This document shows, in pieces, positions 58,571 through 64,000 of a stretch of DNA of 64,000 nucleotides. The stretch is from an uncultured Nitrososphaerota archaeon. Lineage in GTDB: Archaea; Thermoproteota; Nitrososphaeria; Nitrososphaerales; CADDZS01. The DNA is taken from contig CAWCYI010000006.1 in the NCBI GenBank assembly GCA_963799845.1, positions 512,001 to 576,000 on the forward strand. The letters run 5' to 3'. How positions within the stretch are numbered: the stretch's first letter is position 1; each line of letters begins with the position of its first letter. A program made the position numbers and the translations under genes. The notes below the pieces were generated by a model, which was not told the origin of the DNA, did no database searches, and worked only from the letters and a program-made list of their open reading frames with translations.

Positions 58571-59186
58571 CTAAAGGGCCGTCAGATACGCCCCGAAGGC
58601 GATTCCCCAGATGGTGTAAGGGTAGATCACGAGGCGCTCCATACCACCGAATCCTAAAAGAGAGTCTGTCTCCCAGAAGGGGGATTGCGAAAAGTGATAT
58701 TACGCCGAGCAAGACCGAGAAATATCTGAAAGGAGATTTCGTGAATCTGTACGCATAGATCGCCGAGATAGCCCCGAAAACAAATACGATAAACGCCCCA
58801 AGGGTATGTATGGCAAGAATCGAGTTTTCCGGGAAAATCGACGCGATGATGGTTCCGACAGGCGGAAGAAAGTAAAGCAGCTTAATCGGTTTGCTTTCGA
58901 GGAATTCGGACAGGGAGCTTCTGAAAACAAGTAATACCACTGCGACCAGAGCGAGTACGCCGGAAGCGAAAAGCTGCCCGTCCCAGAGCAACGTCGTGGA
59001 ATGTCCCAGCGCGCCAAGATCGCTTAGGGCATTCGTTCTGACGCTATAGTTAGGATAAACCGATTCAGCAACAGTGTTCAAGATCGTGAAAATAATTCCG
59101 CTTGAAATCAAAAGAGCTCCGGCACGTCGCGAGTCCCTTATTCTTATTAATCTCAGATCAGCCCTTGATTTCTCGGATTGACTCAT
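58571..59186 (-). CDS. DUF998 membrane protein, frameshifted near 58655
   Basis: YPNYSVRTNALSDLG, FPEN..IH; the corrected tail reads GFGGMERLVIYP..YLTAL* ending at 58571. Confidence 0.8.
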
Positions 59187-59484
59187 CTAGGCCATTGAAA
59201 TATAATCACTCAGACTATTTCAGATTTGTCAAGAAATTCGTGGTTTGTGAGCTACAGGTCATTGAGGTAGTCGCGCGGATAGAACGTGAGGTATTATGAT
59301 AGATCGTGGTGCCAGTCTGTCAGCAAAAGTCCAGGAGTTGTCAATGCATACTCACGACCGAAGCAGTCTTCGAAAGGCTGAGCAAAGATGATTTTGGTCG
59401 CTTGTGATGAGGAAAAAGCTTCACTAAGCAAGAATTTCGTGCTGATCTCTTAGAAGGACAGAAAAATGAAGATTCGAGTTGCTC

Positions 59485-59781
59485 TCAAGATGCCTGAACT
59501 ACTCTTGTCCAGTTTACCCCAGCACAGTCAACCCTGAGGTGCCTGCCGACTCCCCCACAAGTGATGCACTTTGGAGAGTAGAGTTCAGCTTGAGATTCAA
59601 GCCGTCTTCCAATTGATCTAGTTTCCCGGTCAATAAATTCGTCTAGTTCCGTCTTGACGATCTTCGCACCCTCCAGCTTTTGCCACTCGAGAAGCAGTTT
59701 TCGCTTTCTTCTCTCCTTTTCCTCCTCTGTGATAGCAGATTGAGTGGAAAGCTTGGACTCTTTGGAATGCGACTCGGTCAT
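59485..59781 (-). CDS. small protein with CCHC-like zinc knuckle
   Basis: CITCGGVGRHLRVDC. Confidence 0.55.
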   Translation of the reverse strand: MTESHSKESKLSTQSAITEEEKERRKRKLLLEWQKLEGAKIVKTELDEFIDRETRSIGRRLESQAELYSPKCITCGGVGRHLRVDCAGVNWTRVVQAS

Positions 59782-59881
59782 TCTGAAGCTAATCTAGAAC
59801 TGTAGTCAAAATCGAATATTTATCTTATGGAGTGTCTATTCGATCTAATCTTTAGGTGTGTTTCGTTTTAAGTGGAGTCAC

Positions 59882-61339
59882 TTACGCCTGAGACTCTTTC
59901 ACAGGGGCACCCTCGGAAATCACGACAGACTTTTTCCGGCTTGTCATGAGTGTAAACGCTAGAGCTACTATCAGCAATCCGGCGGAAATCTCGAACGCGA
60001 AACTCTCTCCCGAAAGGTAGGAATTTGCCAGAGAAGGCGAAAGCTTTCCCGACAAGTTTCCGATGAACAGCTGGTAGACGATACTTGCAGGGATGACCGA
60101 AGTTGCTGCCGTTAGCGAAAGCGCAAAGCTCAGAATCATTCCAGTGTTTCTGAAAGTGTTCATGATACCTGATCCAACGCCGTACTTTGCCGGAGGAGTC
60201 GCCGACATTATGGCGCTCGTGTTCGAGGGCCAGAAGAGGGCGAGCCCGATTCCCGAAATTGTTTCGATGATCGCAATTTCTAGCAGAGTTGTATTGGCTG
60301 TCAACCTGCTGAAAAGTACTAGGGCAATCGTCGTCAATGCGAGACCACTGGCCGATATCCTTCTTGAGCCGAATTTGTCGGAGAGGATCCCTCCAATTGG
60401 ACCAACCGTTGCCGACGCGACTGCAAATGGAATAATCAGATAAGATGCATGTAGCGCAGACAATCCGCTGATCCCCTCCAGATAGAAAATCAACAGGAAG
60501 TTTACGCTGAAGACCGAGAGGAATTGCAACAGTGCGGCGATTATCGAGAAAGTAAAATCCCTGTTTTTGAAAAACTCGAAATTCAGGATTGGATCTTTGC
60601 TGAATCGAGTTTCCCAAATTGCAAATAGAGCGAAAAACACGGGAGACAGTGCCAAGGCACCAATTGTGAACAAATCGCTCCATGAATATAGCAAACCCCA
60701 GGATATCCCGAGCAGCAGACTAAGCAGGCCAAGAGTGAACAAGACAGCGGCCGGAAGATCGAACGAACCACGCCTGCCCTGCGGTTTGCTCGCCCTCAAC
60801 GTTTTGTAAGCCCAAGCTGTTGCAAAAATTCCTATCGGGACATTGATCAGGAAAATTAATCGCCAGCTAGTGTAAGTTATTATTATACCGCCGAGTATTA
60901 TCCCTACAACGGATCCGATCCCCCAAACTATCGACATGAGACCGAAAGCTCTACCATTTTCGTTGCGCGGAAAAGCCTCGGAAAGAATAGCGAAGGAGTT
61001 TGCGATCAAAAGTGCGGCTCCCATACCCTGGATCACTCGAAACGCAACGAGGGAAAAGCCGTTGGGAGCGAGACCGCACAGAGCCGATCCGATCGTGAAG
61101 ACAACAAATCCGATGTTGTACATGAGTTTCCTACCATACATGTCCGAAAGTCTTCCGAAGCTCAGTACGAAAGCGGTGTTTACCAGGAGATAAGCCACGA
61201 TCACCCATATCATGGTTACAAAATCTGAATGGAGATCCTCCGCCATAGGGAATAGCGCGAGGAGGACAACGGTACTATCGACCGCAGACATCAGAGCTCC
61301 GATCGATGTGACGGATAGGGCCTTCCACTTGTATTCCAT
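59882..61339 (-). CDS. MFS transporter (DHA2/EmrB-QacA type)
   Basis: D.TVV, GRLSDMYGRK, FRVIQGMG, WRLIFLINVPIG. Confidence 0.95.
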   Translation of the reverse strand: MEYKWKALSVTSIGALMSAVDSTVVLLALFPMAEDLHSDFVTMIWVIVAYLLVNTAFVLSFGRLSDMYGRKLMYNIGFVVFTIGSALCGLAPNGFSLVAFRVIQGMGAALLIANSFAILSEAFPRNENGRAFGLMSIVWGIGSVVGIILGGIIITYTSWRLIFLINVPIGIFATAWAYKTLRASKPQGRRGSFDLPAAVLFTLGLLSLLLGISWGLLYSWSDLFTIGALALSPVFFALFAIWETRFSKDPILNFEFFKNRDFTFSIIAALLQFLSVFSVNFLLIFYLEGISGLSALHASYLIIPFAVASATVGPIGGILSDKFGSRRISASGLALTTIALVLFSRLTANTTLLEIAIIETISGIGLALFWPSNTSAIMSATPPAKYGVGSGIMNTFRNTGMILSFALSLTAATSVIPASIVYQLFIGNLSGKLSPSLANSYLSGESFAFEISAGLLIVALAFTLMTSRKKSVVISEGAPVKESQA

Positions 61340-61392
61340 GCGCTGTCAGAGTCCCAGATTTTTTCTTCCCTTTGGAATTCTGTAATAGAGCC

Positions 61393-62319
61393 TTAGGAGA
61401 GTCTCATTTGTGATTCGTCAGAGAGCTTTTCGTCGGCTTGTTCACCTGATTTTTTTCTCTCCATCTCGCCTAATACTTCTTCCTGCTTTGCATTTGAGAG
61501 ACCCAGCTTCATCAACATTTCGAGGGAATTCAATACCGCCGACCCGTGAAAATGATTGTTGAAGTATCCGTAGACTTTTTTCACTTTTTCGGAAACTTTC
61601 TCGACCCGGTCAATCCATGGATCAAGTTCATCCTCCGAATATTCGTAATTATACCAGACCCTCTTACCCTTTCCGTGCCACCTGATGAATGCGAAATTCG
61701 CGGTCACGGTCAGGTCTACAGGAAGCAAGGGTTCGTCAACAATCGTGTTTGAAACGTTATACTTTCTGAGAAGAGAATGAAGGCCCTCCGCGTCTTCCAA
61801 CCATGACGTGTTCCGGAATTCCGCCGCGAACATGTAATCGTCAGGTAAGATTTCCAGAAAATTTTCAAGAAGCCGAATATCTTTGCGAGCGAAACTCGGA
61901 GGAAGCTGGATCAACAACGGCCCAAGCTTTTTGGAATCTTTGAGCGGGGCAAGGATTTCAAGAAACTTTCCGAGGTCCACCTCGACTCCCTCCGCAAGAT
62001 CGAGCTTCTTATCGTGGGTAATCAATTTTGGAATCTTTGTCGAGAACTGAAAATCAGGCGGAGTGTTTCTGGCCCATCCGTAAGCAAGTCCCTTGTTGGG
62101 ATACGCATAGAAAGTCGAATCGATCTCGGCCGTTGAAAATACTCCCGAGTAGTACGACAATTTTGGCGTCTTGGAATCCGGATAGAAGACCTTCTCCCAC
62201 TCCTTGTAAGACCAGCCCGAAGTCCCAAGAAGTACTTTCTCGGAGTTGGCCTGCTCATCTTTCTTGTTGAAGTATTGGTTATTTTTTGTCAAAGGTCGCA
62301 GTTCTCTTGAAAGCGGCAA
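61393..62319 (-). CDS. DUF72 family protein; start uncertain
   Basis: GTSGWSY, EIDSTFY, ITH, QLPPSF, EFRN, RWHG, YFNNH. Confidence 0.92.
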   Translation of the reverse strand: MPLSRELRPLTKNNQYFNKKDEQANSEKVLLGTSGWSYKEWEKVFYPDSKTPKLSYYSGVFSTAEIDSTFYAYPNKGLAYGWARNTPPDFQFSTKIPKLITHDKKLDLAEGVEVDLGKFLEILAPLKDSKKLGPLLIQLPPSFARKDIRLLENFLEILPDDYMFAAEFRNTSWLEDAEGLHSLLRKYNVSNTIVDEPLLPVDLTVTANFAFIRWHGKGKRVWYNYEYSEDELDPWIDRVEKVSEKVKKVYGYFNNHFHGSAVLNSLEMLMKLGLSNAKQEEVLGEMERKKSGEQADEKLSDESQMRLS

Positions 62320-62470
62320 AGGGCAATCTCAAACTACAGAAGGGTTTTCTATAACCAAAGTTGTAATATTTGCTATAAATTAGTACTAGCTAGAGCACTA
62401 TATAGAATCTGGAATATCGATAGTAAAGATATTAATCGGATTTAGACATTTTAACATCGGCCATAAGAAT

Positions 62471-62626
62471 ATGGCCGTTGTCCTAAACAGTTGCGCACGG
62501 TGCGGGAGGGAAATTTCCCAGCATGAGGTCGGGTATTTTAATTTGAACGAGAGGACCGATCGATTCGACCTCGAATGCAGAGTGTGCTATAAATTTGAAA
62601 AACTGGGACAGAACGAAATCGTCTAG
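62471..62626 (+). CDS. 51-aa zinc-finger microprotein
   Basis: MAVVLNSCARCGREI...ECRVCYK. Confidence 0.6.
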   Translation: MAVVLNSCARCGREISQHEVGYFNLNERTDRFDLECRVCYKFEKLGQNEIV

Positions 62627-62678
62627 CTTTCTCTTTACTAGCTAGCGATAGTCTCTTTTGTTTGGAGAAACTATTGCT

Positions 62679-64000
62679 CTAGTAGAGGGCCGCGTAGTAT
62701 TCTGGCATTCCGCCGCCAGTAGTGTAGATAGCCGGGTTGAAGTAGAACCCATGGATATTCGATGTTATCACCGTGACAATCGCCGGATAGAACGTCCAGA
62801 TGTCCATTACTTCCTGATTTGCAAGTATTGACATCGCGTTAGCGGCCTGAGCTACTTCGGTTGAGTTACCGGTCGCGGTCCCCGCTTCTGCCTGATTCCA
62901 GTAGGTCTGCATCTGAGTCAAGTTCCATCCGCCCGGTGCGGTGTAGATACCTCCCGGTGAAAGGATCGGGCCCAGAAAGTCGGTAGCCCACGGATAGTCG
63001 TCATACCATCCGAACGGCGCTTCAGCCCAAGAATAAACCTGTCCTGAGAAGGCTTCCGTAGTCATCTGACCTAAAGGAACCGGAAGGACGGTGACCGTGA
63101 GGCCCATATTGTAGGTAGAACTCACATTGTTTATCGCAGAGGCAAGAGAAGTGTAAATCGCCGAATCGACTGTATCTCCGGTTGCGTAGACCAGACTTAC
63201 TGTTTGTCCAACCGGGTTCTTGCAGGTCCCTCCATTTGACTGGAGAGCGGCCGCCGAGCAACCGAAAGTGTTGTTGAAGACTCCTGAAGGCGCAACAGTC
63301 CCGTTATAGAATGTAAAGTGGGTCAGTGGCGTCTCCATCGCACTCAGTAGGAGGTCCTGAACCGCGGTAAGGTTGAAGCTGTATCTCGTAGAAACGGAGG
63401 CATTGTAAGATCCGCTCGGAGGGAATCCTGGTGGTATCAACTCGTTTGCAACCTGGCCCAGCTTGTTGTTCGTGTTGACATTGACATCTGAGATATTGAC
63501 GGCATCAGCAAAAGCAAGCCGCATCCTGATGTCCGCGAAGGGCTGGAAAGAGTAGTAGGTCCCCGTCAGAGGGTTCGAGACGTTGGTTCCGAAAGGATCA
63601 AACCAAGTGGCGTACTGAGTGAAGGTTCCGTAGATCGTCACTCCGGAAACGTCAGAGACAAGTTTTCCATTATCTAGCCACTGAGTCCTGTCCGCAATAT
63701 CGTATAGGTGATCGTTCGTGATGTCGATTGACATGGCCTGCCCCGACCTGGCCGCGTTTTCTATGTCAAGATCTCTGGTCGTCTGCGAAGGCACGTAATT
63801 GATGTTAATTGTTGGAATTTGCGCCTTGATGTGATTTGGCCCGCCCCAGTAGGTCGGGTTAATCTTCAAGATGATGTTGTTGGTGGATTGCCCCACGCTC
63901 TGGATCACATAAGGACCGGTCCCGGCGAGAGAACCTTCGTACGAACCGTCGAGATAAGTCTGCGCGCACCCTTTCGGCGTTATCCCGGCGTTGCAGGTCG
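62679..64000 (-). CDS. ABC transporter substrate-binding protein, family 5 (5' end outside window)
   Basis: GTGPY..INPTYWG, PFADIRMRLAFADA, WYDDYP. Confidence 0.85.
   Translation of the reverse strand, partial: TCNAGITPKGCAQTYLDGSYEGSLAGTGPYVIQSVGQSTNNIILKINPTYWGGPNHIKAQIPTININYVPSQTTRDLDIENAARSGQAMSIDITNDHLYDIADRTQWLDNGKLVSDVSGVTIYGTFTQYATWFDPFGTNVSNPLTGTYYSFQPFADIRMRLAFADAVNISDVNVNTNNKLGQVANELIPPGFPPSGSYNASVSTRYSFNLTAVQDLLLSAMETPLTHFTFYNGTVAPSGVFNNTFGCSAAALQSNGGTCKNPVGQTVSLVYATGDTVDSAIYTSLASAINNVSSTYNMGLTVTVLPVPLGQMTTEAFSGQVYSWAEAPFGWYDDYPWATDFLGPILSPGGIYTAPGGWNLTQMQTYWNQAEAGTATGNSTEVAQAANAMSILANQEVMDIWTFYPAIVTVITSNIHGFYFNPAIYTTGGGMPEYYAALY

Noticed and set aside
1-64000. CRISPR array, rRNA or defence system
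   Set aside because: No regularly spaced repeat-spacer array, cas genes or rRNA-like sequence was seen.

Overview
Archaeal chromosomal segment, probably a non-ammonia-oxidising Nitrososphaeria/TACK lineage. This is inferred from an HMf histone, RadA, short archaeal PurA, AK6, aRqc2, BHB-intron tRNAs and many TTG starts. Positions 1-18.8 kb, 28-38.6 kb and 57.5-64 kb are mostly core genes (rqc2, asnS, radA, pyrF, purA, uppS, histone, GGR-like reductase, MFS, DUF72, ABC substrate-binding protein). They also include candidate homologues of eukaryotic eL22 and EMC6. Three tRNAs (Glu-CTC, Thr-GGT, Thr-TGT) carry five introns, four at non-canonical sites. An accessory block lies at 18.9-27.9 kb, downstream of tRNA-Glu. 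An ISH3 element sits between IS200/IS605-like ends at 30.4-31.6 kb. The most striking region is a ~19-kb island downstream of tRNA-Thr(TGT), 38.7-57.5 kb. It encodes a double-domain KaiC with a retained ST phospho-motif, three Lrp/AsnC paralogues, paired fasciclins and PRC barrels, two pairs of unknown proteins, and two unannotated 40-aa class III signal-peptide 'micro-pilins'. It also holds an IS481-disrupted csbD, SPFH, PH-domain and FUN14-like genes, and a shared promoter/operator motif. I read it as a candidate archaeal general-stress/adhesion regulon. Several genes have single-base frameshifts, mostly in homopolymers, which may be sequencing errors. All family calls come from motif recognition by eye, not database searches.
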